From an uncultured Mycoplasmatota bacterium (GTDB lineage Bacteria > Bacillota_I > Bacilli_A > RF39 > UBA660): a DNA stretch of 64,000 nucleotides. The notes under the pieces are model-generated. The model did no database searches, was not told where the DNA came from, and saw nothing but the letters and a program-made list of their open reading frames with translations. The DNA is taken from positions 854 to 64,853 of the forward strand of contig CANSRH010000007.1 in assembly GCA_947649365.1 (NCBI GenBank), given 5' to 3'. Positions 17,972-29,300 of this stretch are shown here, in pieces. The number at the start of each line of letters is the position of its first letter. Position 1 is the first letter of the stretch. Position numbers and translations under genes: made by a program.

Positions 17972-19164
17972 AGTAAATCCTCATAATCATTTTTTTGTTG
18001 TCTATTTATTTTTATCACTTCATGATTTTTAACTGCCTCATGAATAAGTTCCTCGAAAGGAATAAGTGCTTCGTATTCACTACATAATTTTGAATCAGGA
18101 TTAATAACAGGATGTTCCGGAACAAAAATGGTACAACAATCTTCAAATGGCAATATACTCGTTTCATAAGTCCCAATTTGTTTAGCAACAGAGATAATCT
18201 CTAACTTATCGAAACAAGCAACAGGACGAATCACAGGAATACGTACGACCTCATTTATCGCTTTCATACTCGTTAGTGTCTGACTAGCTACTTGTCCAAT
18301 AGACTCTCCATTCACTAAAATCTTCGCATTACTCCGACTAGCAATAATAGCAGAAATACGATACATCATTCTTCTCATAATCGTAATTAAATACTCATGA
18401 GGAATATTTTTATAAATGGCTTCTTGAATTTCTGTAAAAGGAATCACATGCAATTTAAATTCCAAATTGTACTTACATAAAACCTTAGAAAGTGCTTTCA
18501 CTTTATTCTTTGCTTCAATGCTTGTGTGAGGTGGACTTTCAAAATAAATTCCTTCTAGTTTGACACCTCTTTTCATTGCCATATAACCTGCAACAGGACT
18601 ATCAATACCTCCACTAAGCATCAAAATCCCTTTTCCAAGAGTACCAACTGGATAGCCACCGATGCCTTTTTCCACATCAAAATAAACATAACTTTCTTTA
18701 CTTCGTAACTCCACATGAATAAGAAGTTCAGGAGTATGAACATCGACTTGTAAACCACTCTTATTTTTTAAAAGATAGCTTCCAATTTCCCTACTAATTT
18801 CTACACTGGTTTTAGGAACCAATTTATTACTTCTTTTTGTTTCAATTTTAAAAGTAGTAAACTCTTTTTCTTCGACTAACGTTAAAATAGATTTTTTAAT
18901 TTCTTCCAAATCAAGGGTAGCAAGTTCATAGCCAATAATAATTTCATGAATCCCAAAAATTTCTTTTAATTCCTGAACCACCTCTATAAAATGTTGATCC
19001 AAGACACGAATAAACATTCTCCCTTTATCATAAAAGATTTCTACTGGATAATTCTCTAATTTTTTTTGAACATTCAAATACAAAGTTTTTATAAAAAGTT
19101 GAATATTCTCTTTTTTAGTAGTTAATTCTCCGTATTTAATCATAATTAGTTGTTTCATAACCAA
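17968..19164 (-). CDS. thiI: tRNA 4-thiouridine(8) synthase ThiI
   Basis: A THUMP-like N-terminus is followed by the PP-loop SGGIDSPVAGYMAMKRG. Confidence 0.9.
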   Translation of the reverse strand: MVMKQLIMIKYGELTTKKENIQLFIKTLYLNVQKKLENYPVEIFYDKGRMFIRVLDQHFIEVVQELKEIFGIHEIIIGYELATLDLEEIKKSILTLVEEKEFTTFKIETKRSNKLVPKTSVEISREIGSYLLKNKSGLQVDVHTPELLIHVELRSKESYVYFDVEKGIGGYPVGTLGKGILMLSGGIDSPVAGYMAMKRGVKLEGIYFESPPHTSIEAKNKVKALSKVLCKYNLEFKLHVIPFTEIQEAIYKNIPHEYLITIMRRMMYRISAIIASRSNAKILVNGESIGQVASQTLTSMKAINEVVRIPVIRPVACFDKLEIISVAKQIGTYETSILPFEDCCTIFVPEHPVINPDSKLCSEYEALIPFEELIHEAVKNHEVIKINRQQKNDYEDLL

Positions 19165-19206
19165 ACCTCTTCTCTCACCACTTGCAAAATTGATCTAAAA
19201 AAGCTT

Positions 19207-20352
19207 CTAATTTTTTTGTTTACTTGCAAGAGCACCCAATCGTTTAAACACCAAATCAAAACAATGCAAAAAACGATTGATTTCATCCGTCGTTGTCAAG
19301 TAAGACAAACTAATTCGTATGGTAGAACTAGCTCTTTTTTTATCATCATAAATAGCAAGTACCCCATTAGAAATCTCTCCACTAGCACAAGCGGTATTGG
19401 TTCCTATATAAATCTCATAATCTTCCAAAGCATGAATAAACGTTTCTGGTTTTATATTTGGCAAACTAATATTTAAAATATGAGGAATAGAATACGAAGT
19501 TTGATTAATCAAAATTCCTTCATAATTGGAAACCTCTTTTACTATCTTTTCATTCAACTTCTCTACAAAAGTTTCTTTTCGCTCCAAATCCTGTAATGCA
19601 AGCCGCAAAGACTTAGAGGCAGAGGCAATTAAAGAAACAGCAGGAGTTCCTGGACGAAGACCATTTCCACTTCCATGTAACAATGGAACCAACTGAACTT
19701 TCTCACTCTTATACAAAAGACCTATTCCTTTCGGTCCATAAATTTTATGAAAAGAAAAACTAGCCAAATCTACATCCTTTGCATTCACAGGAATTTTACC
19801 TAAAGCTTGTGTCATATCACTATGAAAAATAGTAGTTGCATTTTCCTTCTTAATAATTTGACGAATCATTTTAAGTGGCTGACGAATTCCCATTTCACTA
19901 TTGACTCCAACAACACTTACCAAAATAGTCTCATCACGCATTTTTCGTTTTAAATCATCAAAATCAATCAATCCTTCTTGATCGCACTGAATCATTTCTA
20001 TCTCAAAACCCAATGTTTTTAAATAATCACAAATTCCATAAATAGAAGGATGTTCCAAAGAAGAAACCAAAATATGATTCCCACGATTTTTATAGGCAAA
20101 AGCAACCCCTAAAAAAGCCATATTATTTGATTCTGTTGCTCCACTCGTATAAACAATTTCACTCTCTTTTACCTTTAATAGTTCACTAATCTGTTTGGTT
20201 GCACTTTCCATAAGTTCTTTTGAATTGACCCCAAGCTTGTGAAAAGAATTAGGATTACCTATAAAATCTTTACTCACTTTCATCATAGTATCCATAGCTT
20301 CAATAGACATAGGAGTCGTAGCACTATAATCCAAATAAATCATATTTAACAC
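19207..20352 (-). CDS. Cysteine desulfurase (class V aminotransferase, NifS/NifZ-type), partner of ThiI
   Basis: The PLP-lysine region SFSFHKIYGPKGIGLL identifies the family. Adjacency to thiI matches the common nifZ-thiI pair of Firmicutes. Confidence 0.85.
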   Translation of the reverse strand: MLNMIYLDYSATTPMSIEAMDTMMKVSKDFIGNPNSFHKLGVNSKELMESATKQISELLKVKESEIVYTSGATESNNMAFLGVAFAYKNRGNHILVSSLEHPSIYGICDYLKTLGFEIEMIQCDQEGLIDFDDLKRKMRDETILVSVVGVNSEMGIRQPLKMIRQIIKKENATTIFHSDMTQALGKIPVNAKDVDLASFSFHKIYGPKGIGLLYKSEKVQLVPLLHGSGNGLRPGTPAVSLIASASKSLRLALQDLERKETFVEKLNEKIVKEVSNYEGILINQTSYSIPHILNISLPNIKPETFIHALEDYEIYIGTNTACASGEISNGVLAIYDDKKRASSTIRISLSYLTTTDEINRFLHCFDLVFKRLGALASKQKN

Positions 20353-20403
20353 ATCCTTTTAAGCATTTATTATACGAAAGAATTATTCTTTTGAAAAGAA
20401 AAA

Positions 20404-22116
20404 CTACCGATATTCTTCCATAAGTCTTTTATGAATACCAGGTTCAATAATATTAATTGCATTGATTGCACTTTCCAAAGAAGTTTTAAAATTCCCCTTA
20501 TAAAAAGCATTTTCTGCTTTCGAAAGACCCATATCCACCTCTTTATTCACCCGATATCGATTGCCATACATAATTGCCGTCTCAGCCATTTTAGCTGTTT
20601 TCACAATTTCTTTCGAAGTCGTATAGACCTTAAACACCAAATCTCTTGCCGTATCCACTCTTGTATTTAATACTCGAATAGAAATCGGGGTATGTTCAAG
20701 TTCTTTAATAATCTCGTCAATTGCTTCTGTTGCCTCAGACATTTCTATAAAATAGTTTTCAGGTATGATTGGTAAACGATAGCTTCGAATTTGTGCTTTG
20801 GACTTCATCAAAATATCTTTGATTTCATCAAGTTGTTCACGTGCCCGCAATTCATCTTCTTTTAAACTTCCAATGGTTCGTAATGCTCTTTCTAATTTTT
20901 CCTCCGTTTTTGTTAAACTTACATTTAAGTTTTCCATATCTTTTCCTAACTTAGCAAAATAAGACTTCTTACTACGATGCGATTCGATAATTTCATCGTA
21001 CCTATCTCGAATGTCCTTTAATTCAACAGCAATTTCTCCAATCACCGATACATCCTCATTCGTTAAATCATAACTGTACTTTATATCATCTAACTTCTGA
21101 TACAAATCATTATTGATTTTATTTAATTTGGTTACTTTAACCAAAATCGTACGAGAATAATCTTCAAAGATTTTTTTAGCAATTCGTTCTTTATCAAAAT
21201 CATTATCTGTAGATTCAAAATAATCCAAAATCGTTTTTAACTCAAAAATTGAATCTTCTAAATTTAAAACATTCAAACGAACAAAAATATCAGCAAGTTT
21301 TTTATTGGCTTCTGTAATGTTATAATCCAAATTCAAATACTCTAAATTGTATCCTTCACGCTCCATCTTCTCTTTCGTTTTAATAATAGAAGCAATCTTA
21401 TTAGGAATTAATTTTTTTCCCATAAGTAAAATACTAGGAGCTTCTTCAATCACAATTTTTAAATTTCCAATGGTATCATCAATAGCCTTTACAATTTTCC
21501 CTATTTCTTGATAAGCATTTTTATCCATCGCCGATTCAAAAGCCCCAAAAAGTTTATCTACATTTTCAAATTGCAATGTTATAGGTTTAGCAATTTGTGA
21601 AAACTCAGAAGGATTCATATGGTACTTATTTAAAATTTCCCGATAACTAGCTTTCAACTTCGTTATGGTATCTCTATTTCTTTCTTCACTTAAAGTAATC
21701 CCACGTATTTCTTCCAATAAAAAATTAGACTTTGTTTTCACATAACAAATATCTAGTTCCGCTTCTGTTATTTTCTTTTTTAATTCTTTATACAACTTCT
21801 CGTTAAACAAATCTTCTATTTCCAAAAGTGCATCGGTAATTCTAGGAACTTCTATATCTTTAATTTCTTTAAAACGTCTTTGCCACTCTGTAAAGATTTC
21901 TTTTGAATCGGTATTATTAATCAAAGGCTCTACTTTATTAAGTTCAGACAAAATACTAGCAGAAATAATCAAATTTTTATCACGCTCTAACTTTTGAATC
22001 TCTCTTGCATACCTCTGTCTTTCTTTTCTCCCCATCCAATTTAAAGCGACAACAAGAATAATGACTGTTGCAATATAATAGGTAATCCCCATCAATATAA
22101 AAGTAGTTTTAGACAT
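20404..22116 (-). CDS. ezrA: Septation ring formation regulator EzrA
   Basis: A single N-terminal TM segment (TFILMGITYYIATVIILVVALNW) is followed by a long coiled-coil body of about 570 aa. The start was set at the internal Met (MSKTTF); the ORF-track start at 22242 adds an unsupported extension. Confidence 0.75.
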   Translation of the reverse strand: MSKTTFILMGITYYIATVIILVVALNWMGRKERQRYAREIQKLERDKNLIISASILSELNKVEPLINNTDSKEIFTEWQRRFKEIKDIEVPRITDALLEIEDLFNEKLYKELKKKITEAELDICYVKTKSNFLLEEIRGITLSEERNRDTITKLKASYREILNKYHMNPSEFSQIAKPITLQFENVDKLFGAFESAMDKNAYQEIGKIVKAIDDTIGNLKIVIEEAPSILLMGKKLIPNKIASIIKTKEKMEREGYNLEYLNLDYNITEANKKLADIFVRLNVLNLEDSIFELKTILDYFESTDNDFDKERIAKKIFEDYSRTILVKVTKLNKINNDLYQKLDDIKYSYDLTNEDVSVIGEIAVELKDIRDRYDEIIESHRSKKSYFAKLGKDMENLNVSLTKTEEKLERALRTIGSLKEDELRAREQLDEIKDILMKSKAQIRSYRLPIIPENYFIEMSEATEAIDEIIKELEHTPISIRVLNTRVDTARDLVFKVYTTSKEIVKTAKMAETAIMYGNRYRVNKEVDMGLSKAENAFYKGNFKTSLESAINAINIIEPGIHKRLMEEYR

Positions 22117-22228
22117 ACGAACCACTATCCTATCATTATTATGATACCATAGATTAATAACATATTGTGAAAAAATACGACAAAAAAACACAAAATTAAC
22201 TTTGTGCGAAAAAAAGAAATACAGTTCA

Positions 22229-23485
22229 TTAAATAATAACAATTCGATAAGGATTCTCTATTGTTCCATCACCACTTTGGTATTGTACATCTGATTTTAA
22301 ATAGAACGTTGGACGAATATTATTTATATTAGAAGAATACATCACTCGATTTTGATTAGGATAACCATTAGGATATAATCCCCAAACAGCTTTTCCATAA
22401 GTGTTATCCACATAATTTTGTTCAGGTGAAATCGTCCATTCATAATATTTTTCTTCTAACAAATATAACCAAGCTTTATTTATATAGTCTTGTGCACTAT
22501 TGTAAATACTAGTAAACCAATAATTTTTTTCTATCGAAAAAGCATAATCAGAAGGATACATTAATCCAATATTAGATAGAAAATAAATATTTCCTCCACT
22601 CTTACCACTTATATTACTTCTCTCAACATTGTAAAATTGTTCAGCCGTATAAGTAGAATATTGATTATTAGCTGGTGCTCCTAAATACCATTTGGCTTGC
22701 CCTATAAATTGCTGATAATCTTTAATAGTATTCCAAAATACAGTATTTAAAACATCAGTATTTAAAGGACTTATCTCCCATATATTGCTACCATTGCTTT
22801 TATTCCAACGATACCCTTTCTTGCTTGGAGAATTTGTAGCATTTTCCAAAAAACCACTTTCCTCTTCAATATAAAAATCTGCTTTAATAAGTTTAACCCG
22901 ATTCTCATATTCTCCAGTTTCACTAGATTGAGTTGGTATCACTCCAATCACTCGATATAAATTATCATTCGTACAATTCTCACTACATCCAAAATAAATA
23001 TAATTATCTGGGTTAGATCCAACATATCGATAATCAGTTAAACTTGGTGTTTGTTCTGTTGATGCATGATCTATTTTTTCTATTCCTGCATTTGTACCAC
23101 TTAAACTAATTATATAATTATTCAACATGATTCCAGAAAAAAACTCTATTGTACATTTCACTTTTCCTTCATTGATATTTCGAATATTGGGTCCCCATTC
23201 TTCATAATCCCAATATCCTTCTGCTCCTTTATCACAAGTTATACTTACATCATACGCTCCCTTACTAGGTAACGTATTTATACTTTCTCCATCCATTGTA
23301 ATGGCAAGTTCCAAATCTCCACTAACAAACGATGGTACTCGTCCTCTTAGGACATTGAATGTCTTTTCTTCTTTATATAAAGCAAATGTTTTGTATAAGG
23401 TAATACTTCCTACTACAATTAGGATTCCCACTATACTAAATACTACTTGTTTCTTTCTTCTTTTGTTTTTACTAAACCTTTCCAA
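22229..23485 (-). CDS. Membrane-anchored secreted protein of unknown function, candidate phase-variable (paralog of 54530..55777)
   Basis: The 418-aa ORF has a signal anchor VVFSIVGILIVVGSITL and the C-terminal motif GDGTIENPYRIVII. In the ORF track it can only start at TTG without an RBS. An upstream ATG with a GGAGAG RBS is separated from the body by a G10 tract; see findings. Confidence 0.55.
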   Translation of the reverse strand: MERFSKNKRRKKQVVFSIVGILIVVGSITLYKTFALYKEEKTFNVLRGRVPSFVSGDLELAITMDGESINTLPSKGAYDVSITCDKGAEGYWDYEEWGPNIRNINEGKVKCTIEFFSGIMLNNYIISLSGTNAGIEKIDHASTEQTPSLTDYRYVGSNPDNYIYFGCSENCTNDNLYRVIGVIPTQSSETGEYENRVKLIKADFYIEEESGFLENATNSPSKKGYRWNKSNGSNIWEISPLNTDVLNTVFWNTIKDYQQFIGQAKWYLGAPANNQYSTYTAEQFYNVERSNISGKSGGNIYFLSNIGLMYPSDYAFSIEKNYWFTSIYNSAQDYINKAWLYLLEEKYYEWTISPEQNYVDNTYGKAVWGLYPNGYPNQNRVMYSSNINNIRPTFYLKSDVQYQSGDGTIENPYRIVII

Positions 23486-23507
23486 TCCTTCTGGTTTACT
23501 TAATGTA

Positions 23508-23517
23508 CCCCCCCCCC
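23508..23517 (-). repeat. Homopolymeric tract: C10 on plus strand (G10 on the coding minus strand) between an upstream ATG and the body of the 22229..23485 gene
   Basis: Counted directly in the sequence. Confidence 0.9.
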
Positions 23518-23642
23518 AGAAGTCTTGTTCTGGTTGGGAGATTGTTTTTTATCTTTTTCATTTCATCTCTCCTCTATTTTCTATTATTATTCTAACGTAA
23601 TCTTTATAGAAAAACAACTCAAAAAAAGAAAAACAGTAAGAA

Positions 23643-24929
23643 CTATTTTTCTTTCTTATTAGGACTAAGTATAGTAATCGATATATTTTTGGTATCTATT
23701 TTTTTTAACACTTGCATGACTTTCTCTAAAGTAATACTTTCTATATGTTCTTTTACATTATCTTGTACGGTACCAAATGCTAAAATATCCTCTTGAATTA
23801 AATTATTAACCCCCATAATATCATCATAATTGAGTACCAATGTAGCTACACTTGCATTCTTTTTTCTTTGTAAATTTTCCTCTGTCATTTCTAAGTGTTG
23901 GAGCTGTTCTTTAATCATTTTAATTGCTTCTTTTGGATATTTAGTATCAATAGTAATCGTTGCAATTACATAATCTTCGATAAAAGACCTGGAAGCACTC
24001 ATATAATTAATTAACTCATTTTCCATCAAATATTCTTTTAAATCACTAGTTGGACCAAAATTACTATGAAGAAGTAAAAAATAAATATAACGAAGTTCTA
24101 TAGGATCAATCCCTTTAAAAGCACTAATTGGTGTTTTCACAGAAATTTTCACTTTTGTATTCTCTACATTTCCAAAAAACTCACTAGATTCTTCCACAAC
24201 TCCAACTGGTTCTTTTAACTTCTTTAATTTTGGTAACTTGTAAGAAGAGAAATCTTTAGTACTCAAATTATCCTCTACAATTTTTACAATCTCATAAGGA
24301 TTCACATTTCCAGTAACTACTAAAAACATATTTTTAGGATGATAAAAAGTATCATAAACCAACTCAATATCTTCAATATTTGTATTTTGAACATCTTCTT
24401 TGGTTCCTACAATCGTCTCTTTGTATCGATATTCATGAAACAAATCTGCAAAATGATGAAAATAAAGTTTACTCTCTGGAACATCTTCATCCATAGCTAG
24501 CTCTTCCAAAATAATACTTCTTTCCTTATTAACCATTTTTTTAGTAAAAGAAGGCGTCAAAACAAAATCCAACAAATGATTCAAATTATCTTTGATATGA
24601 GAGGTAGAATACACATGATAACAAGTATAATCAAATGTAGTAAAAGCATTTACTTCACTTCCATATTGCGTATAAAAATCAGTAGCTGTCGAACCATCAG
24701 GTTCATAAAAATTAAGATGCTCTAAAAAATGAGCAATTCCACTTGGTACTTTTGTGTATTTACTATCTCCTTCTAATTTAAATTCTTGATGAATGGAACC
24801 ATAATGAACTCCTAAAGCACTAAACGTTCCTTTTACTTTATCATTTTTCCAAATATAAACAGGCAATTGTTTTAATACTTTTTCATAATAAATCGTTTCC
24901 TTAAGGCCTTTTAAGCTAATTTCTTTCAT
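23643..24929 (-). CDS. M16-family zinc peptidase (insulinase-like), catalytic subunit
   Basis: The inverted zinc-binding motif HFLEHL (HxxEH) lies near the N-terminus. Confidence 0.8.
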   Translation of the reverse strand: MKEISLKGLKETIYYEKVLKQLPVYIWKNDKVKGTFSALGVHYGSIHQEFKLEGDSKYTKVPSGIAHFLEHLNFYEPDGSTATDFYTQYGSEVNAFTTFDYTCYHVYSTSHIKDNLNHLLDFVLTPSFTKKMVNKERSIILEELAMDEDVPESKLYFHHFADLFHEYRYKETIVGTKEDVQNTNIEDIELVYDTFYHPKNMFLVVTGNVNPYEIVKIVEDNLSTKDFSSYKLPKLKKLKEPVGVVEESSEFFGNVENTKVKISVKTPISAFKGIDPIELRYIYFLLLHSNFGPTSDLKEYLMENELINYMSASRSFIEDYVIATITIDTKYPKEAIKMIKEQLQHLEMTEENLQRKKNASVATLVLNYDDIMGVNNLIQEDILAFGTVQDNVKEHIESITLEKVMQVLKKIDTKNISITILSPNKKEK

Positions 24930-26206
24930 TACGCCTCCCCCTCTCCTTGTAATTCATAAACAAAATTAATTTTTAATTTTTTTCCTAAATGTTTTAAATC
25001 TTTTTTAGTAATCGTTTGATAAGTATCTTTGATATCTTTAAAAAGAGGAGAACCTACGATTGTGTGAAACGTGTAGTTATTAATTAAACTATTTTGATTG
25101 TCCACCACTACTTCTAGAGAAGTAGAAAGTTGCTTTCTTGCCATATCCATTTCTTCATCCGTAATTTTTCCCTGGGCCATTTCTTTCACACATTTTTTAA
25201 TTAATTTGACAGCCAAAGAAACATTCTTCCCATCCAGACCAACATAAATATAATACATTCCATCGTATTTAGAAACAATAGAAGAAACACTATAACAAAG
25301 CTGATTGTCTTCACGAAGTGCTTTATAAATCTTAGACTTTAATCCTCCAGAACACAATATTTCATCGAAAAAAGCAAGGCCTCCAAATAATTCTTCTTTA
25401 CTTAATTTCTCCAAATTAAAACCTACAATCAAATTCGTTTGTCCAAAAGAAGAAGGTTCTTTCGTAATCAACTCTTTTTTACGTAGCTTGTTTTGAACAT
25501 AAGGAGTAACACTATGATTTTTTACACAATTGTTATGAAAAGCTCCTTGAATATACTTAACAACTTCTTCCATATCCAAATCCCCAATAATATAAATATT
25601 GCATAAACTATTTTCATAAAATTTTCGATAATACTGATAAAGAGATTCAGGAGTGATACGTTCAATTTCTTCTTTGATTCCTAAAACAGAAGCAGCAGTA
25701 ATCGATTCTTTATCCATAGTTTGTAAAGCTTGTTGAAACGCATAATTCATAGCATTTTCTTTAATAGACTCTATATCAGATAAAATACGCTTTTGAATAA
25801 TACGAAAAATTCGTTCATCAAACGCTTCTTCTTTCACATTCGGGTTTTCTATAATTTCAAAAGGAAATGACAACACTTTTTTTAAATAATTTGGATCATT
25901 TACATAAATAGGATTAATAAAATCATAAACAAAGCTGGACAAAATCATATTTCCAACTTTACTAGAAACACCATAGAAAAAAGATTGATAAAGTTCTTCC
26001 AATCGAATAACCAAATCTTTTCGTTTCGGATACTTTTTTGTAGAATGACAAAGCATATCCACTAGAAAATTTCGAAGACCAAGTTCTTCTTTTTTCGCAT
26101 TATCATAAAAAGTAATTTCCATATGACAATTTTTAAACTTATCTGTTTTAATCGTATAAATGGTAAATGTATCAAATTCAAACGCCTTATATTTCATGAG
26201 TAGCAC
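24929..26206 (-). CDS. M16-family peptidase, non-catalytic partner subunit
   Basis: A pitrilysin-like fold of similar length that lacks the HxxEH motif. Its stop overlaps the start of the downstream M16 gene, the typical paired arrangement. Confidence 0.7.
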   Translation of the reverse strand: MLLMKYKAFEFDTFTIYTIKTDKFKNCHMEITFYDNAKKEELGLRNFLVDMLCHSTKKYPKRKDLVIRLEELYQSFFYGVSSKVGNMILSSFVYDFINPIYVNDPNYLKKVLSFPFEIIENPNVKEEAFDERIFRIIQKRILSDIESIKENAMNYAFQQALQTMDKESITAASVLGIKEEIERITPESLYQYYRKFYENSLCNIYIIGDLDMEEVVKYIQGAFHNNCVKNHSVTPYVQNKLRKKELITKEPSSFGQTNLIVGFNLEKLSKEELFGGLAFFDEILCSGGLKSKIYKALREDNQLCYSVSSIVSKYDGMYYIYVGLDGKNVSLAVKLIKKCVKEMAQGKITDEEMDMARKQLSTSLEVVVDNQNSLINNYTFHTIVGSPLFKDIKDTYQTITKKDLKHLGKKLKINFVYELQGEGEA

Positions 26207-26282
26207 CTCTCTTTTTTAGTATACACAACATTTTTGGAATTATAATGTAGTTATTATATCATTTATTTTTCATTTTATGAGA

Positions 26283-26320
26283 AAAAAGCAAAAAATAGAG
26301 GTTACGCATGATCCTCTATT
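26283..26320 (-). terminator. Rho-independent terminator at the 3' end of rpoC
   Basis: On the minus strand, ATAGAGG-atcatgcgtaa-CCTCTAT is followed by TTTTTGCTTTTTT. The hairpin overlaps the last rpoC codons. Confidence 0.55.
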
Positions 26321-29300
26321 TCATTCATAATTTGATGTGTTGATAATTCTTCTGTGTCATCCATTAATTTTTCTTCAAAAAATTCACTGGCATCATCATC
26401 CATAAACTCTTTTTGAAGAAGAATTTCAATGTCACTATATTGTTTCGCACCTGTTCCAGCAGGAATCAGTTTACCAATAATAACATTTTCTTTTAAACCT
26501 CTCAAATGATCAATTTTACCACGAATAGCAGCATCAGTTAACACTCTAGTTGTTTCTTGGAATGATGCAGCAGACAAGAAAGAATCTGTTTCCAAAGCAC
26601 CCTTTGTAATACCCAACATAATTGGTCTACCCTTTGCAGGAACACCACCACGTAAGATAACAGGTTTATTTCCTTCTGTGAACTCTCTCATAGAGACAGT
26701 CAAACCTTCTACAAATTCAGTATCCCCTACATCGACAATTCGTACTTTATTAATCATACGAGAAACAATAATTTCAATATGCTTATCAGAAATATCTACA
26801 CCTTGTAATTTGTACACCATTTGAATTTCTTTTAAGATATATTCTTGTGCAGTAATTGGGTCAGTAACAGCAAGTAACTCCTTAGGACTTACAGCTCCTT
26901 CGGTTAATTTATCACCCGCACTTACGACATCCCCAACATTCACACGAACTTTCATATTGTAATTGGTAACATGGTCTCTTACTTCCACATCATTGGCAAT
27001 CACAATTTTGTGTTTACCATTTTGTTCTTCAATGGATTCCACTTTACCATTAATCTCAGCAATCGTAGCTTTTGCCTTTGGATTACGAGCTTCAAACAAC
27101 TCTTCCACTCTTGGAAGACCTTGTGTAATATCCGCATCTCCACCATGGGCAACACCACCTGAGTGGAAAGTACGCATTGTAAGCTGAGTACCTGGTTCAC
27201 CAATAGATTGTGCAGCCATAATACCAACAGCTTCTCCAGTCTCAACCAAATTTCCTGTTGCAAGATTTCGTCCATAACATTTTTGACATACACCATTATT
27301 GCATTTACATGTCAATATACTACGGATTTCTACACGTTTGACACCAGCTTTTTCAATCTTTGCTACGATATTTTCAGTAATCATTTCACCCTTATCCAAA
27401 ATAACGTCTTTCGTTTCAGGATGAATAATCTTTTGTGCAGCATAACGGCCCAAAATACGTTCTGATAATGGTTCAATTACAGAGCCATCTTTATCATTAA
27501 TTAAATCGTATACCATAACACCATTAATGCTTCCACAATCAAATTCACGTACAATAATGTCTTGAACAACGTCAACCAAACGTCTAGTTAAATATCCAGA
27601 ATCTGCAGTACGTAAAGCTGTATCTGCAGAACCTTTACGTGAACCATGGCTGGATAAGAAGAATTCGGATACCTTAAGTCCTTCAATAAAGTTAGAAGTA
27701 ATTGGGATTTCAACAGTAGAACCATCTGGTTTCGCCATCAATCCACGCATACCAGCAAGTTGTACGAAGTTAGAAATCGAACCACGAGCTCCAGAATTCA
27801 TCATCATAAATAATGGATTATTAAAATCTCCCTGAGCCATTGCTTGTAACTCAGCCTTAATCTTATCTTGTTGACTATTCCATGTATTAATAACATTATT
27901 ATAACGTTCTTCTTCGGTAATCAAACCACGTTTAAATTGTTTATTAATCTTATCAACAATTTGATTACCTTCCGCAATCACATCATGTTTCGTTTCACTA
28001 ATATGAATATCAGCAGCAGAAACAGTAATACCTGCAATCGTAGAATATTTAAAACCTAAATCTTTCAAACGATCAAGCATAATAGAAGTCTCTGTTGTTT
28101 TATATCTTTTAAACACTTGCGCAATAATGCTTTCCAAATTTTTCTTAATAAATGGTTTCACTAATTCACGACTTGCAATTTCTTCTTTAATATTTGTACC
28201 CATTTCCAAGAAATATTTACTTGGTGTAATTCCTTCAATATTTTCTTTGGTTGGTTCATTAATAAATGGATAAGAATCCGGTAAAATCTCATTAAAGATA
28301 ATCTTACCACAAGTAGTAACTAAATATTTATCCTTTTGTTCATCCACAAATATTTTATGTTTAAATGAACGCACAGGCAAAGCAATTCTTGTATGAAGCG
28401 TAATCTCTTTTCGTTCATAAGCCATCAACACTTCATTGCTATTCTTATACACTTTTCCTTCGTTTGGTTCTCCACTTTCTTCTTTTGTTAAATAACAATT
28501 CCCAAGAACCATATCCTGAGATGGAGTAACAATAGGTTTTCCATCTTTCGGATTCAAAATATTATTGGCACCAAGCATTAAAATTCTAGCTTCGGCTTTT
28601 GCTTCTTCACTTAAAGGTACGTGAACCGCCATTTGGTCTCCATCAAAGTCAGCGTTAAATGCTGCACACACAAGTGGGTGAAGACGAATAGCTTTTCCAC
28701 CTACAAGTTTCGGTTCAAAAGCTTGAATACCAAGTCTATGTAAAGTTGGGGCACGGTTTAACATAACAGGATGTTCTGTTATTACATCCTCAACGATATC
28801 CCAAACACTATCATCACGAGACTCAATTAATTTTTTTGCTCCCTTAATATTATGAGCAAGTCCACGTTCCACAAGACCATGAATCACATGTGGTTTAAAC
28901 AACTCCAAAGCCATTTCTTTTGGAATTCCACATTGATACATTTTAAGATTTGGTCCAACAACGATAACACTACGTCCTGAATAGTCAACACGTTTACCAA
29001 GCAAGTTTTGACGGAAACGTCCTTGTTTTCCTTTTAGCATACTTGCAAGAGATTTTAAAGGTCGATTTCCAGCAGCTGTTACACTACGCCCTCTACGTCC
29101 ATTATCAAATAAACTATCCACAGCTTCTTGAAGCATACGTTTTTCATTTTGAACAATAATGGTTGGAGCTCCAAGTTCAAGTAATTTTTTCAAACGATTG
29201 TTACGATTGATAATTCTTCTATACAAATCATTCAAATCACTTGTTGCAAAACGTCCACCATCGAGTTGTATCATCGGACGAAGATCTGGTGGAATGACAG

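Noticed and set aside
23301-23600. Plus-strand ORFs 23301..23600 and 55506..55892 with near-identical N-termini (MASSKSPLTNDGTRPLRTLNVF...)
   Set aside because: They are antisense to the paralogous surface-protein genes. Their conservation simply mirrors the duplicated DNA block.
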